From positions 9,506 through 73,505 of the forward strand of contig JAPLXB010000022.1 in the NCBI GenBank assembly GCA_026396285.1: a stretch of 64,000 nucleotides of DNA. The letters run 5' to 3'. The position numbers and the translations under genes were made by a program. Below the pieces are notes generated by a model. The model searched no databases, had not been told where the DNA came from, and worked only from the letters and a program-made list of their open reading frames with translations. This DNA comes from Candidatus Micrarchaeota archaeon (GTDB lineage: Archaea > Micrarchaeota > Micrarchaeia > Norongarragalinales > JAPLXB01). Shown here one piece after another: positions 63,703 to 64,000 of the stretch (the first letter of the stretch is position 1; each line of letters opens with the position of its first letter).

Positions 63703-64000
63703 AATGAAAAACGATTCAACTGGTTATAATTCTTTCGCAAAAAATTATTTCCACGAAAAAGCGCGTAAAAAAATTCCCGGCAACAAATTGCCGAAATTTC
63801 TTCAGAGGTATTTTTTCAGCGTCGTCTGCGCGACCGGCCGCCGGATTGTCTGGCTGTGCTCGCGCCACTTCTCCGGCTTGATGCGCAACCGCGAGTGAGC
63901 GTATTCCAGCGCGTCCTTGAATGACTCGAACTTCTCCGGCTTGCCCGCGAGCGCGGCCCGCGCGTTCTCGCGGCAGTTCCACACGCCGAGGGGCACGTAA

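Overview
The window is a high-GC (about 60%) archaeal chromosomal segment. The genes present are archaeal-type (aIF2-gamma, Kae1/Bud32/Sua5, Spt4-Rpo7, S24e/S27ae, class I LysRS, tRNA-splicing endonuclease) and the rRNA operon has the 16S-tRNAAla-23S arrangement. It has three parts. (1) Bases 1-8,900 hold small housekeeping genes and a minus-strand rRNA operon. Both rRNA genes are over-long. They carry several short ORF-less insertions at universally conserved sites: the 16S 530 loop, and 23S domain V and the sarcin-ricin loop. (2) Bases 8,900-37,000 are a housekeeping block: SPFH/stomatin, a PEF-CTERM beta-helix surface protein, Sua5-Kae1-Bud32, a 1986-aa surface protein, S24e/S27ae, Spt4, Rpo7, H+-pyrophosphatase, adenylate kinase, aIF2-gamma and class I LysRS. 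This block also holds two intron-containing tRNAs, with non-canonical introns in the T-loop (Ala) and the D-arm (Lys), and an unusually long EndA that looks like a multi-unit single chain. (3) Bases 37,086-60,840 are a roughly 24-kb plus-strand supercluster of type IV filament (tad/archaellum-like) genes. It contains two FlaI/TadA-type ATPases, four single-domain TadB/C(FlaJ)-like membrane proteins, a KaiC/FlaH-like ATPase, about 12 proteins with class III (prepilin) signal peptides including a 1189-aa vWA/beta-propeller protein, a secreted Gly-rich protein and a coiled-coil protein. The two strongest observations are the pervasive small introns in rRNA and tRNA together with the atypical EndA, and the duplicated-module filament supercluster. 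In that cluster a small wHTH/coiled-coil protein in one module appears fused to the ATPase N-terminus in the other. All calls come from reading the sequence and translations only. No database searches were run.
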